Below, piece by piece: positions 9,411-19,026 of a stretch of DNA of 64,000 nucleotides. Both the position numbers and the translations under genes were made by a program. Each line of letters starts with the position of its first letter. Positions within the stretch are counted from its first letter, which is position 1. The notes under the pieces are model-generated. The model worked only from the letters and a program-made list of their open reading frames with translations, had not been told where the DNA came from and did no database searches. Origin of the DNA: a virus (taxonomy: Duplodnaviria; Heunggongvirae; Uroviricota; Caudoviricetes); IMG/VR virus record IMGVR_UViG_3300017605_000626, positions 1 to 64,000 of that record. One strand, 5' to 3'.

Positions 9411-9808
9411 ACACTCTCCTTTATTTTTGGTACATATCCTTCTCTATTGTGCGGTCCACTTGGGGCACAAACTTTTTTCATAATGTCCTTGTCAAATGCT
9501 GGCCTAATAGGAACTGGAATTTCCCAATTCCTAGAATTACAAGTATAGCACCTTAAATATCCCTGATATCGCCATACTACCTTGTTTCCTTCACAGTTAG
9601 CGCAATATACTAACCTCCCTTCCATGTATTCTTTTGGTGCGTCTATACGCACAATTTGAGGCTTTGCCTGATGATCCCACCAATTTTTCCAATTAAGCAA
9701 AAAATTCGCTAACTTTCCTTCTGGATATTTAATGGCCCAAATACCAAAAGAAAAATAGATCAAAAGACCTGCAACAAGAACTAGAAAAATGATTAATAAC
9801 ATCATCAA
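9407..9808 (-). CDS. membrane-anchored zinc-ribbon protein
   Basis: N-terminal TM, C-terminal CANCEG...CYTCNSRNW. Confidence 0.4.
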   Translation of the reverse strand: MMMLLIIFLVLVAGLLIYFSFGIWAIKYPEGKLANFLLNWKNWWDHQAKPQIVRIDAPKEYMEGRLVYCANCEGNKVVWRYQGYLRCYTCNSRNWEIPVPIRPAFDKDIMKKVCAPSGPHNREGYVPKIKESV

Positions 9809-9895
9809 TCCTTTACTTTGACAAGTTTACTATTCTCATTTTGTTTGTCAACAATACTTTATTCCTACAAAGTAACACTGTAACTCGTTGTATTT

Positions 9896-9941
9896 AAACG
9901 CATTATATAGGGCATTTACCTTTTTATTCAAGGCAGTAGAA
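9896..9941 (-). promoter_or_regulatory. sigma70-like promoter (TTGAAT-N16/18-TATATAAT), copy 1 of a 31-bp repeat
   Basis: Minus strand reads TTGAATaaaaaggtaaatgcccTATATAATg. The 31 bp ggcatttacctttttattcaaggcagtagaa (9911..9941) is identical to 17603..17633. Confidence 0.5.
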
Positions 9942-9954
9942 GGGCTAAGTTTTT

Positions 9955-10042
9955 GGTAGCGGCGGAGGGAATTGAACCCTCACGGAATTTAATCCACCAG
10001 ATTTTAAGTCTGTTGCGTATTAGCCAGTTTCGCCACGCCGCC
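9955..10042 (-). tRNA. tRNA-Leu (anticodon TAA), type II with long variable arm, CCA encoded
   Basis: Acceptor GGCGGCG/CGCCGCT, D-arm GCG..CGC, anticodon loop CTTAAAA, long variable arm, T-arm GAGGG-TTCAATT-CCCTC, A73 + CCA. Confidence 0.8.
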
Positions 10043-10195
10043 ACATTTAACACCCACAGAAATGAGCAATTGCAATAATGATTGAAGTTACAAGCATTGA
10101 ACCAATAGCATAAAATATCATTGGTTTATTACTCCTATAAAATCCTCTGATACCTCTCAAACTTTCTCTAGCTTCTGACTTATAGGCACGAACAA

Positions 10196-10504
10196 TCATC
10201 TTATTAAATAATGATTAAATAAATTAAATAGTAAACAATTTGGAATAAGCATTACCCAATATCTCCAACTAAATAGTTTAACATTAGAATCATCACTCAT
10301 AACTCCTACAAATAAAGAAAATACTACCAGCCATAACCAATAATTGATAAAAAATGCTATAAAAATACTGAAAGAACTAATCCACCATTTCCAACTAGGG
10401 AATGGAGAATAAAATCCAGATATGCTGGCACCCAGATAAAACCCAGTAATTAAAGCTATCCAATCAATCAAAGTCATGATAACACCTCTATAAAAAAAGG
10501 GCAA
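10196..10504 (-). CDS. integral membrane protein
   Basis: Multiple hydrophobic helices. Confidence 0.4.
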   Translation of the reverse strand: MPFFYRGVIMTLIDWIALITGFYLGASISGFYSPFPSWKWWISSFSIFIAFFINYWLWLVVFSLFVGVMSDDSNVKLFSWRYWVMLIPNCLLFNLFNHYLIR

Positions 10505-10536
10505 GTAATTTTTTACCTGCCCTTTAACTTGATTAT

Positions 10537-10899
10537 TTACCGAACCTTATGCTCAGTGTTAAACTCTTCAATCTTTCTCTGGAAATTCTGGTGGAAATTT
10601 GAATACCACCTTTTTGCATGTTCTTCATTTTGTCTCTTGAAGAATGCTTTTCTCTTATCTGGATCTTTAGAATCTTGGCGGGCTTGACGCTTCACACCAC
10701 GAAGTAAATCTTCGTAACGTCTTAAGTCCTTATTAAGAGAGAAGAATTCCTTTCTCTCATCTTCGATCTCTTTAGAGGTGTTAATGATTCCATTAACAAA
10801 CACTACCTTGCTTAGATCGAACAACTTACCCTTAATGCTGTTGATGATGGTGCTCAGATTTTCTTGAGTGTAGAACTCTTGATCTTGTGAGGCAGACAT
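10537..10899 (-). CDS. hypothetical protein (120 aa, basic)
   Basis: Track ORF. Confidence 0.45.
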   Translation of the reverse strand: MSASQDQEFYTQENLSTIINSIKGKLFDLSKVVFVNGIINTSKEIEDERKEFFSLNKDLRRYEDLLRGVKRQARQDSKDPDKRKAFFKRQNEEHAKRWYSNFHQNFQRKIEEFNTEHKVR

Positions 10900-10942
10900 G
10901 ATATTCTCCTTTTAGTTGAAAAATAAACTACGGTTCAGAAAA

Positions 10943-11377
10943 CTACTTGCAAAGATTGTTCAATTCTCCAAAATCAGCCTTCTCTAGTGCCTTGGTAAAG
11001 GCTTTGTCAAACTTGTTAAGAGACTCTTGTGCCTTCTTTCTTTGTTCAAATGCAGCCTTGGTGTATACGGGTGGCAGGGCTTTTCCCTCCCCATCAAATG
11101 ATATTTCAGGCTTAATCTTTTCAAGTTCTTTCATTAAGTCTTTACGCTTGTTATACGCCTTAACAAGAGTTGCAACCTTTGCGTCCTGTTCTGCTTCACT
11201 AAGAAGCTTAACTAACTTTTGGCGAAGTACAGGAGCGTCCTTAGCAATTGCAGCAACTTCTTGATAAACGCTAACAATAGCTTTACTGCCAGTTAATTGC
11301 TCTACAGGCTCTGCAACTTCCGCAGGAATTGCATTCTGGTTCTCCAAGTCCACTGAGGTATTCTCGTCTTGCGACAT
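10943..11377 (-). CDS. hypothetical protein (144 aa)
   Basis: Start ATG at 11377 preceded by AAGGAG. Confidence 0.5.
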   Translation of the reverse strand: MSQDENTSVDLENQNAIPAEVAEPVEQLTGSKAIVSVYQEVAAIAKDAPVLRQKLVKLLSEAEQDAKVATLVKAYNKRKDLMKELEKIKPEISFDGEGKALPPVYTKAAFEQRKKAQESLNKFDKAFTKALEKADFGELNNLCK

Positions 11378-11633
11378 AGTATTGTCTCCTTTTTATTTTT
11401 ATTGAATTTTGAAGAAAGAAATAATTTTGTATAGTTAAATCTTTCTTAGCCCTGTGAAACAGTATTTTTGCTTTAACGTAATCAAGCAAAGTCCTTCCCA
11501 TACTTGACTTTAAAGTATACTCGTTCCATTCAACATCATCTTTTAATTTTTCAAGGAATCTTTGCAATACTTCATCAAGATTATTACTACATATACTCTG
11601 TACTTCTTGTTCAATTTCTTCAATTAAGGTCAT
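11283..11633 (-). CDS. hypothetical protein (116 aa) with C-terminal CxxC..CxxC
   Basis: Overlaps the downstream gene by 95 nt in another frame, so its true extent is uncertain. Confidence 0.3.
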   Translation of the reverse strand: MTLIEEIEQEVQSICSNNLDEVLQRFLEKLKDDVEWNEYTLKSSMGRTLLDYVKAKILFHRAKKDLTIQNYFFLQNSIKIKRRQYYVARREYLSGLGEPECNSCGSCRACRAINWQ

Positions 11634-11643
11634 TTAAACCTCT

Positions 11644-12054
11644 TCAATACAGTCTATCGTCAAACTTGAAATTATCTGGTAGAAATGGTTTCCACTTAGG
11701 AGAAAAAATACAATTAGGCGGCGCATCCTTAAACATCGGTGCAATTTGTTCATCTTTATATCTTGCTAAGCCGCATCCAATTCGGGTTACAAGGTATGTG
11801 TTTTCAGGATTAGCTTTAAAAACAATTAAAGACAAATCTACGTATGCTTTAATATCCTCTAAATAAGAAGGCATTAATTTATTGCCTCTCCAATAACAAG
11901 TTGGAATTGCAAATGATTGTCCCTGTATCCCTGCCCCCTTGCCATACTTCGCACCAAACTGTTTATACGCGATTAAAGCAGCACCGCGCCCGTGATGACC
12001 CTGAGAATTACTTCCAAAGACAAAGATTTCATTAGGTTTAAGTTTAGTTATCAT
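11644..12054 (-). CDS. hypothetical protein with glycine-rich Rossmann-like motif
   Basis: IFVFGSNSQGHHGRGAALIAYKQFGAKYGKGAGIQGQ. Family not resolved by eye. Confidence 0.45.
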   Translation of the reverse strand: MITKLKPNEIFVFGSNSQGHHGRGAALIAYKQFGAKYGKGAGIQGQSFAIPTCYWRGNKLMPSYLEDIKAYVDLSLIVFKANPENTYLVTRIGCGLARYKDEQIAPMFKDAPPNCIFSPKWKPFLPDNFKFDDRLY

Positions 12055-12242
12055 AGATCAATGTTTCTTAAAACCGTACAAGTCTGTACTTCTGTGTCAA
12101 CTTCTACGGTTAAGTATTCTCCAAACCATTTATAGACAATTTCTATAATTTTATCTTCTTCTTCCGATTGCGGCTTTATTCCAGCCTCTTCAAGTCCAAA
12201 ATATAAAGCATCAGGATCTTTGAAAGTGCAGCGTATTTTCAT
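12051..12242 (-). CDS. hypothetical protein (63 aa)
   Basis: Overlap-coupled to its neighbours. Confidence 0.35.
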   Translation of the reverse strand: MKIRCTFKDPDALYFGLEEAGIKPQSEEEDKIIEIVYKWFGEYLTVEVDTEVQTCTVLRNIDL

Positions 12243-12245
12243 AAA

Positions 12246-12608
12246 TTATTCCTCTATAGCTCTGTAATATTCTTTAGACCCAATTCGAGCATCAATTACA
12301 TTTTTATACTCAGATAATTTTTGGACCATTCTTGGTCTAGCCACATCATTAAAACTATGGCAAATAATTATTGCATTACTATGATCTATGTGCCCCCTAG
12401 ATACCTGTAAATACCAAATCACAGGCATAAAAGTCTCTGCCAAAGTAATGTTTGGGTCTGGTAAGAACACAATATCATGGTCAATACTAATAATATCCCA
12501 TTTAACTGGTGATCTTAGGGCGGCTATGGCCTCAGTATTTGTGCGGGATACATGCCAAGTTTTATCTGGCGGCTTTCTAACGTCGTCTATAAAGAGTTTG
12601 TTTTTCAT
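12246..12608 (-). CDS. hypothetical protein (120 aa)
   Basis: Track ORF. Confidence 0.4.
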   Translation of the reverse strand: MKNKLFIDDVRKPPDKTWHVSRTNTEAIAALRSPVKWDIISIDHDIVFLPDPNITLAETFMPVIWYLQVSRGHIDHSNAIIICHSFNDVARPRMVQKLSEYKNVIDARIGSKEYYRAIEE

Positions 12609-12798
12609 TTACTTTCCTTTTAAATTCTCTAATTACAGCCAATTCACGTTCTTCTTTTTCAATCTCAGCTAAGATTTCATCTGTTTCTTTTCTTAATTTG
12701 TCCCATTCTTCTTGGCTACATGGAATCTTTTTCTCGGTTAAAGGGGTTTCACTAAGAAAACGATGAAATTGATCAGCTCCTAACATTAATTTCTCCAA
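12577..12798 (-). CDS. hypothetical protein (73 aa)
   Basis: Track ORF. Confidence 0.3.
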   Translation of the reverse strand: MEKLMLGADQFHRFLSETPLTEKKIPCSQEEWDKLRKETDEILAEIEKEERELAVIREFKRKVNEKQTLYRRR

Positions 12799-13077
12799 TA
12801 AGTTGAAGGACTCCTACAATTAAAGAAACAAAAAATCTCCAACTATAGTTCTCTTTAAAGCAGCACCAAATAAAACTCCAGAATGGAGTTAATAAGGTCG
12901 ATAAAATGCAATGAGAATCAAACCACCAAGTTATAAAGTCCATTTATCCTCCACATAGATGTTTAATGAATTTTCAAAATTAAAGAACAAACTCACTAAT
13001 TAAAATACCAACCATAATTCCAGCTAAAATACCCACAAAAAAATATATCCAACACCAACCTTGAATTTCTTCTATAG

Positions 13078-13290
13078 TCATTTTAGTGGCTCTAAGTCTG
13101 GATATTTCTTGTTTAACTCATCAAATACTTTCGCTAAGTATTCGATGCGTTCATTAAAGCCCATCAAGTGAGTATTCTTGTTGATCTGAGTTATATCAAG
13201 GTTCCTTAGCCTAGTTAATTCACTAAGATACAGAAAATTAACTTTTCTTTCCAGTTCATAGAATCTTTCTTCATTCATATTAGTTACCAC
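13078..13290 (-). CDS. hypothetical protein (70 aa)
   Basis: Track ORF. Confidence 0.35.
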   Translation of the reverse strand: MVTNMNEERFYELERKVNFLYLSELTRLRNLDITQINKNTHLMGFNERIEYLAKVFDELNKKYPDLEPLK

Positions 13291-14071
13291 TTGCGTGCAT
13301 TATAAGAACAGTTGCGCCTGCTACTATCGCATATTCTCCAACTCTTTTTATACCAGTTAAAAGCTTAGCACTAAAGGATTTCTTAGCAGCGGCCTTGTAC
13401 GCACCAGTTGCTTCTTTGGAATCTTTAATTGCTTTGTTAGCAAGAGCCAAAGCTAACTCTGTTTTATCTAATCTTTCTTGTAGAATTTGATTCTCTTGTT
13501 CGGTTAAGGCTAACAAATGAGTTTTAGATTCTAAGTCTAGTATCAAAGAATCATAATCCACTTTCATTACAAGCCAGTCTTTCACTTCTACAACTGTAAA
13601 TGCCAAGTTACCAGTCGGAGTAATTTCTGGCTCAATGCCTAGAATTTCCTTTACATCTTTAGCCACTTCAGTAGGCGTGGACTTGGCCTTTATAGAATCT
13701 GTTTTCTTCTTATTAAGAACCTTGCGCTGTTCAATAACCTTTAATTCCTTAGCTTTGAGTTTTTCAAGTTCAGCAATTAACTTAATCTTTTCCTCTCGCT
13801 CACTAGTTAATTGCCCAACAAAATCTTCATAAGTCTTAATACTTTGATTGGCTTGCTTCTCTACACCTTCTGCATAACCGAGCTTTCTTGCATCGTCTAC
13901 CAGGCTTTTGCCTACATAACCAATTATGAAGGCAAAGACAAGGATAGTGCCAAGGATAACAATTCTCTTGAAGGTAAACCAATCCTTAACAGGTTGAGGA
14001 ACTATAGGGCGGGTTAAAGACCCATTTTCTCTCAGCTTAGCATCCAGTTCACTTCGTTCTTTCTCGCTCAT
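13280..14071 (-). CDS. membrane-anchored coiled-coil protein (263 aa)
   Basis: TM helix (IVILGTILVFAFIIGYV), long heptad-rich regions and a C-terminal hydrophobic helix. Confidence 0.45.
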   Translation of the reverse strand: MSEKERSELDAKLRENGSLTRPIVPQPVKDWFTFKRIVILGTILVFAFIIGYVGKSLVDDARKLGYAEGVEKQANQSIKTYEDFVGQLTSEREEKIKLIAELEKLKAKELKVIEQRKVLNKKKTDSIKAKSTPTEVAKDVKEILGIEPEITPTGNLAFTVVEVKDWLVMKVDYDSLILDLESKTHLLALTEQENQILQERLDKTELALALANKAIKDSKEATGAYKAAAKKSFSAKLLTGIKRVGEYAIVAGATVLIMHASGN

Positions 14072-14539
14072 TGATTTTCTCCTTGATCAGATTTAATGCG
14101 GTTAAAGTGCTTCTAATTCAACTTGTTCTAAATCATCACCACATTCAGCACAAATAGGTTGTCCAGAATCTAAAACATTTATTATAAACTGATCTTTAGT
14201 CAGTGTAACAGCATCTTCGCACTTATTTGGGCATCGAAGGGTTATATATTCCATAATTAAATGTTCTTCTCACTTTTACACACGGTACAACGAGCACTCT
14301 TGAAATTGCTTTTTGCACCACGTAAATTATGCAAGCGTCTTTTCTTTCCATATACCTTGTCCTGGTATTCGTGTTCACAGTTACAAGGCAAGACCACTGG
14401 TTTCATTTTATTTTCTCCTAAGAATCAAAATCCATAATAACAAAGCACCACCAAGATAAGCAATTAAGCATATAATTGCAATGTATTGTACTAAAAATTC
14501 CATTTCTTATTTTCTCACTTTTTGTTTTATAAAGGGTAA

Positions 14540-14573
14540 TAAAAGAAAACCCCGCCCAATTAAGAACGGGGTA
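14540..14573 (-). terminator. rho-independent terminator (minus strand)
   Basis: Hairpin ACCCCGCCC..GGGCGGGGT followed on the minus strand by TTTTCTTTT. Confidence 0.45.
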
Positions 14574-14663
14574 GTCTTAGATGTAATGAACTATTTACGA
14601 GTTAGAGAACAAGTGATCTATAGAGTAGTATCTCCTTTCTGTACTGTAGTTTAAAATATACTG

Positions 14664-14867
14664 CTAAACCCCATTTAGGTCAGCAGTTTCTACTATGACC
14701 AAATTACCATCAGCTTTTACTAATGATAGTTCAGTCATAATCTGATGGATTTCAACCATTGTATGAGAAGGCACATATTCTGCCTTTTTGCGGATTGACT
14801 TGGGAAATTGAGATAAGATCCGGTTAATAGTCGGATCAATCTCTTCCATAGTTAAATCGTCTGGCAT
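14664..14867 (-). CDS. hypothetical protein (67 aa)
   Basis: Track ORF. Confidence 0.35.
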   Translation of the reverse strand: MPDDLTMEEIDPTINRILSQFPKSIRKKAEYVPSHTMVEIHQIMTELSLVKADGNLVIVETADLNGV

Positions 14868-14879
14868 TCTATGCCTCCT

Positions 14880-15170
14880 TTATAAATGAATTAATTGCTT
14901 TTTCTTGTTGTGCGTAGCAAGAAAAGCTTCAACTACGGTCTTAACTTCATACTTTAATTCGTCAGGAACTTCACCGCAAGAACCTGATGTGTAACTAATA
15001 ACTCTACTATATTCAAAGTAACCGCCGCCGTTATAACTCTGAATCCCTTTGTGCCAAAGAATGTTACTATGAATTTCATTAGATAACCATACAACAAAAT
15101 TGTCTGAATCCACCACATATTGACCAAACTCTGGATTATGTAATGAGTAATACTTAGCTACATAAAGCAT
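14880..15170 (-). CDS. hypothetical protein (96 aa)
   Basis: Track ORF. Confidence 0.4.
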   Translation of the reverse strand: MLYVAKYYSLHNPEFGQYVVDSDNFVVWLSNEIHSNILWHKGIQSYNGGGYFEYSRVISYTSGSCGEVPDELKYEVKTVVEAFLATHNKKKQLIHL

Positions 15171-15343
15171 CGCAATTTCCTCATAACAAAGAAATTATGT
15201 GATCCACAATGCTAAGAACAAGTTTATTGAAATAGGCTAATTCAACAGTACTCAACGATTTTCTATGGTTAAGCTCCTGTATAATCAAGTCAATTGTATA
15301 AATCCTGTCTTTAATTAGCCCTATTCGATGCACTTGTTCAATC

Positions 15344-15982
15344 TTACTCGTTGTTTGCCGAGTACTTAGATTTATATTCTTCATCTTTTTCAATTGTTTT
15401 CTTAAAAAACATATTTGCAGCGGTATGGTAAATGATAATTCCTTCTGCGGGTTTAAAACCAGGAGAAGCTTTGCTTCCATTGACACTTAAATCTTCTAAG
15501 GTTCCCCAAATAGCGTTTTCATTAAAAATACCTCTATATAGAACAGGTACTACATGGCAACATTTTGGAGCATTTTCAGGCGTCCATCTTGTAGTATTAA
15601 ACAAAGAAAATCTCTTTTCACCTAATCCGTATCCTCTTTGAATACCTCTGCCCCACCATTCACCAAAGTGAGTTCCAGGACCAAGTTTAGCAAGCTCTTC
15701 AGATTCTGCACGAACCCAATTAGCAAAACCTGCATTGTCATTTTTAGGAGTAATCCATTTATTTCTGGAAGCAGCTATAATTGCCAACCCATCCTTCACG
15801 CAAGTAGCCGTCGTTTCAACAAAATGTTCAGATATTAAAGGGTCAATAGAAAAGGCATTTACATAGTTAATTGTGATAGACGCATTAGTTCCGTCTATTT
15901 TTTCAGATATGACAATTTCTCTACTTAATCTTGGTATTTTAGGAAACGGCTGAAAATCCATATTATCCTCATTGTAATCCAA
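15344..15982 (-). CDS. RNA ligase (Rnl2-like nucleotidyltransferase domain)
   Basis: Motif I EKIDGTN (T4 Rnl2 EKIHGTN), the lysine-adenylation KxDG motif. Confidence 0.55.
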   Translation of the reverse strand: MDYNEDNMDFQPFPKIPRLSREIVISEKIDGTNASITINYVNAFSIDPLISEHFVETTATCVKDGLAIIAASRNKWITPKNDNAGFANWVRAESEELAKLGPGTHFGEWWGRGIQRGYGLGEKRFSLFNTTRWTPENAPKCCHVVPVLYRGIFNENAIWGTLEDLSVNGSKASPGFKPAEGIIIYHTAANMFFKKTIEKDEEYKSKYSANNE

Positions 15983-16214
15983 AGTGTGAGTTTATCCTCA
16001 TGATCTCTCTATTTAACTGTACTTCTCTCTCAAACAGGTTATTATCAGGCTGGTTAAACCTTTGCCTATTAATTGCAACCATTTCCGGCCATAAAGAGTT
16101 GGTGGCTAAATCTACAGCGTTAATTCTAGTCCAGATATGCATTCTTTCATATCTAGTATCCATTAAACATTGACTTTGAAAGAACAATTCTTCAAAAAAG
16201 GCGGCTTTATTCAT
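15969..16214 (-). CDS. hypothetical protein (81 aa)
   Basis: TTAACCG motif 18-24 nt upstream of the start. Confidence 0.4.
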   Translation of the reverse strand: MNKAAFFEELFFQSQCLMDTRYERMHIWTRINAVDLATNSLWPEMVAINRQRFNQPDNNLFEREVQLNREIMRINSHFGLQ

Positions 16215-16446
16215 GATTTTTAGGATAAGCGTCGGTTAAAAGGCCAATAAAGTCAAACTTAGCAAATTCAGCCTCTAAGTTCCTATCCTCTTGGCAAACA
16301 AGGGATTTAACATGGTCAACAAACTGCAAAAAAGTAGTTTGACCAGATTCAAGAGCAATTAATAGTTCTTTCACTATTACAATCCTTTGCTTCTCATAAT
16401 CCTCGTTAGGAAACGGGTTAGGAAGGTCTTTTGTGCTTATTGCCAT
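16207..16446 (-). CDS. hypothetical protein (79 aa)
   Basis: SD AAAGGTGG and a TTAACC motif upstream. Confidence 0.4.
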   Translation of the reverse strand: MAISTKDLPNPFPNEDYEKQRIVIVKELLIALESGQTTFLQFVDHVKSLVCQEDRNLEAEFAKFDFIGLLTDAYPKNHE

Positions 16447-16548
16447 AGCAAACCACCTTTCTGGTTAAGAAATGGATTCTAGGTGCCTTTACGTGCGATT
16501 AAATGGCAAATCTCACCACATTATTGCACATCATGCTCATATTCTTCG

Positions 16549-16734
16549 TTACTTGTTAATACAATTGGATTGCACATCAGGGAAAAGAAGGTTAAACAAA
16601 CTGTTCAAACACTTCATACAAAGGGTAATTTTTACGGTGGGATTATCTTTATTAGAGAAAATAGCAAGCTCTTTACGAACATCTTGATTATTGTCACATT
16701 GGAAACAATCGTCTGTAGAAGGTTTAAGAATCAT
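16549..16734 (-). CDS. small Cys-rich protein (61 aa)
   Basis: CFQCDN...CMKC. ATGA-coupled to the upstream gene. Confidence 0.3.
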   Translation of the reverse strand: MILKPSTDDCFQCDNNQDVRKELAIFSNKDNPTVKITLCMKCLNSLFNLLFPDVQSNCINK

Positions 16735-17330
16735 TCTGGTATCTCCAAAGCAAAGATTTCATCAGCTACTCCACCAGCACAAGCCAACATTTGCTGGATA
16801 TATCCTCTTGAATAAAGAGAATAGGCATTAGAATACCAAACGCCTTTTGACCAATGACCACCAGATTCATTTGCTACGGTAATGTCACCAGTGTTATCAA
16901 TAAAGGCGAGTTTATTCCAACCCCCAACCAATTGCTCAAGCAAATCAAGTTTTTCCTTGTAATCAGGAAGGAAATATTTTTTCAAGATTTTTTCGGTAAA
17001 GGTCCAGGTATCTGACTTACCTTCTGGAATTCCTTTAATGTCAATAACTCCGTTATGAAATACCACCACATCTTTAGACATTTCAAACGGATGGCACATT
17101 TCTAGGCCAATAGTGCCATGTGTGCCCGCCCTAAAGTGCGCGACATATGGACGGCCATTAATCTGGTTAAAAAGCGGTCTTATATCGGCATAATACATTG
17201 TTTTATATACTTCTAGCTTTCCATTATTAGCAAAAGCAATGCCAAAACCGTGTGGGTTATGATGATAAGCATTTTCAATCTTATTTTCTGGCATTAACTT
17301 CCCTTCTCTACTACAAAGCAACAAACACAT
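16731..17330 (-). CDS. class-II glutamine amidotransferase-like (Ntn, YafJ-type) protein
   Basis: N-terminal MC(LLLC) putative nucleophile Cys2, HGFGIAF segment. Confidence 0.4.
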   Translation of the reverse strand: MCLLLCSREGKLMPENKIENAYHHNPHGFGIAFANNGKLEVYKTMYYADIRPLFNQINGRPYVAHFRAGTHGTIGLEMCHPFEMSKDVVVFHNGVIDIKGIPEGKSDTWTFTEKILKKYFLPDYKEKLDLLEQLVGGWNKLAFIDNTGDITVANESGGHWSKGVWYSNAYSLYSRGYIQQMLACAGGVADEIFALEIPE

Positions 17331-17342
17331 GAAATTTCCTTT

Positions 17343-17549
17343 CTAATTTTGGCGGGTTAATGGCACTTGAACGGTTAAAACGTTGAATACTGCGGTATTA
17401 ATTTCTTCAATCCTAAGAAGAATATCTTGCGGGTTAACATAGTTATTCAATTCACCGTGGAACTTAGAAGAGGAGAGATAAGAACGGATAAATTCTAATC
17501 CTTCTTTCATGATACGATTCTCTTCTTGCAGCTTGGAAATGTAGTTCAT
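17343..17549 (-). CDS. hypothetical protein (68 aa)
   Basis: Directly downstream of the repeated promoter. Confidence 0.4.
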   Translation of the reverse strand: MNYISKLQEENRIMKEGLEFIRSYLSSSKFHGELNNYVNPQDILLRIEEINTAVFNVLTVQVPLTRQN

Positions 17550-17587
17550 AAATGTGTCTCCATTGATAAGTCTAAATCCTTTCTTAT

Positions 17588-17633
17588 CAGCACGTTATAC
17601 GAGGCATTTACCTTTTTATTCAAGGCAGTAGAA
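17588..17633 (-). promoter_or_regulatory. sigma70-like promoter (TTGAAT-N18-TATAAC), copy 2 of the 31-bp repeat
   Basis: Same 31-bp sequence as 9911..9941. Confidence 0.45.
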
Positions 17634-17821
17634 TCCTTATGCTTCAATAAAGATACGTGAAAAAGTTGGATTAAAAGCCTTTGGATCGTATTCATATTGC
17701 AATTTGTAGTTGTTCCATGAATAAAGCCCAAAACCTTGAAATTCTACTTTTTCAAACAAAGTTTTTCTTTCTCCATGAAACAAAGAAATTTTATAGCCTT
17801 TAGAACACAGAGCTAGTAGTG

Positions 17822-18613
17822 TCATTTTTGTTCGGTTAAGTACAAGAAGGCACTGCCAGGAGTTTTCATTTCAATAAGTATTTGTACTACTTCTTCAGCA
17901 AAGAAAGACAATTCTTTGTCCTTGGCTAATTTTTTAGCAGCATAAGCAGCAGCACCAGCAGCACCAGCAGCACCAGCACCAGCAGCATAAGCAGCATAAG
18001 CACCAGCAGCAGCAGCATAATCACCAGCACCAGCAGCATAAGCAGCAGCAGCATCAGCAGCAGCATAAGCAGCATAAGAAGCATCAGCATAAGAAGCATC
18101 AGCAGCGGCAGCAGCAGCATAAGCAGCATCAGCAGCAGCAGCAGCAGCAGCATAAGCAGCATCAGCAGCATCTTTAGTGCCTTCTATTTCACATCTCTTT
18201 GCTGCATTTAATAAAGAATTTTTATGGGTTTTATTTAATTTTGCAGCAGATCTTAAAGCACGCGGTAAAATACGTCTTATTGTCATTTCTACGACTTTAC
18301 TAAGAAATTCTTTTTCATCCAACGTACCAGAAGTTCCAAGTTGTGCTACAGCAATTCTACGCAACCCAATAGCTCTAGCTCTGTCAGATGACCAATCACA
18401 ATCATTCAAAGAAATTTTCAAGCTCCTTAAAGATGGTGCTACACACTTTGGTTCATCACCGTGCGGCCAGCCAAAAGCATAGCAAACAGCCGCTTCCACA
18501 CACATTTTACCAGGTATAGGCTGGCCTTTGCCCTTACACAACCCTGCATCAACTACTTCTAAAACCTTAACGGCGTTTTGTTCTGTAATCTCCATTTTAT
18601 TTCTTCTTATCAA
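17822..18613 (-). CDS. protein with Ala/Tyr/Asp low-complexity C-terminal half
   Basis: Approximately 110-aa run of AAYAAAAAADAAY encoded by a GCAGCA repeat. Confidence 0.5.
   Translation of the reverse strand: MIRRNKMEITEQNAVKVLEVVDAGLCKGKGQPIPGKMCVEAAVCYAFGWPHGDEPKCVAPSLRSLKISLNDCDWSSDRARAIGLRRIAVAQLGTSGTLDEKEFLSKVVEMTIRRILPRALRSAAKLNKTHKNSLLNAAKRCEIEGTKDAADAAYAAAAAAADAAYAAAAAADASYADASYAAYAAADAAAAYAAGAGDYAAAAGAYAAYAAGAGAAGAAGAAAYAAKKLAKDKELSFFAEEVVQILIEMKTPGSAFLYLTEQK
17926..18171. repeat. (GCAGCA/GCATAA)n trinucleotide microsatellite inside a CDS
   Basis: Approximately 245 bp of GCA/GCT-phase repeats. The opposite-strand poly-Leu ORF is an artefact of it. Confidence 0.8.
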
Positions 18614-18926
18614 TTAAGTCCATGAATTTTTCCCAAGAAATTGTCCCCTCGCTCGCCACATATATATACCAGGCTAGTCTTTGCGGGCTTGGATACATCT
18701 TAAAAAGATTTAGATATTTGTCCACAAAGAACTCTTCAGCAGTCAAACCAAACGGCAATAAAATTTGGTTTGACTCCTCAATTAAGTCTTTAACTGTAGC
18801 TTTCTTTTCCATTATGGGTGCACCGTAGGTGTGCCTAAGAAGGCAAGGATTACTAACGTAAGAAAAAGAATTAAAAGAACCCAACAAAAAACACAGCCCT
18901 TTTGATTTGACATATAGCCCCTCCAA
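18597..18926 (-). CDS. hypothetical protein (109 aa)
   Basis: Track ORF. Confidence 0.4.
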   Translation of the reverse strand: MEGLYVKSKGLCFLLGSFNSFSYVSNPCLLRHTYGAPIMEKKATVKDLIEESNQILLPFGLTAEEFFVDKYLNLFKMYPSPQRLAWYIYVASEGTISWEKFMDLIDKKK

Positions 18927-19026
18927 TTAAATTAGTGGTTATTGATCCGTATAACCCAGATTGCATATACTTTTATGTCGTCACTTCGACAAGTATTATT
19001 AGGGTTATACGGAGTGTAACAACTAA

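Noticed and set aside
12246-12608. HD-domain (DatZ-like) phosphohydrolase that would support a Z-genome cluster
   Set aside because: The sequence has DHD and HIDH segments, but not the spaced H...HD...D arrangement of HD hydrolases. It is left as hypothetical.
17926-18171. Plus-strand 81-aa poly-Leu/Met ORF
   Set aside because: It is an antisense artefact of the GCAGCA microsatellite that lies within the minus-strand gene 17822..18613.
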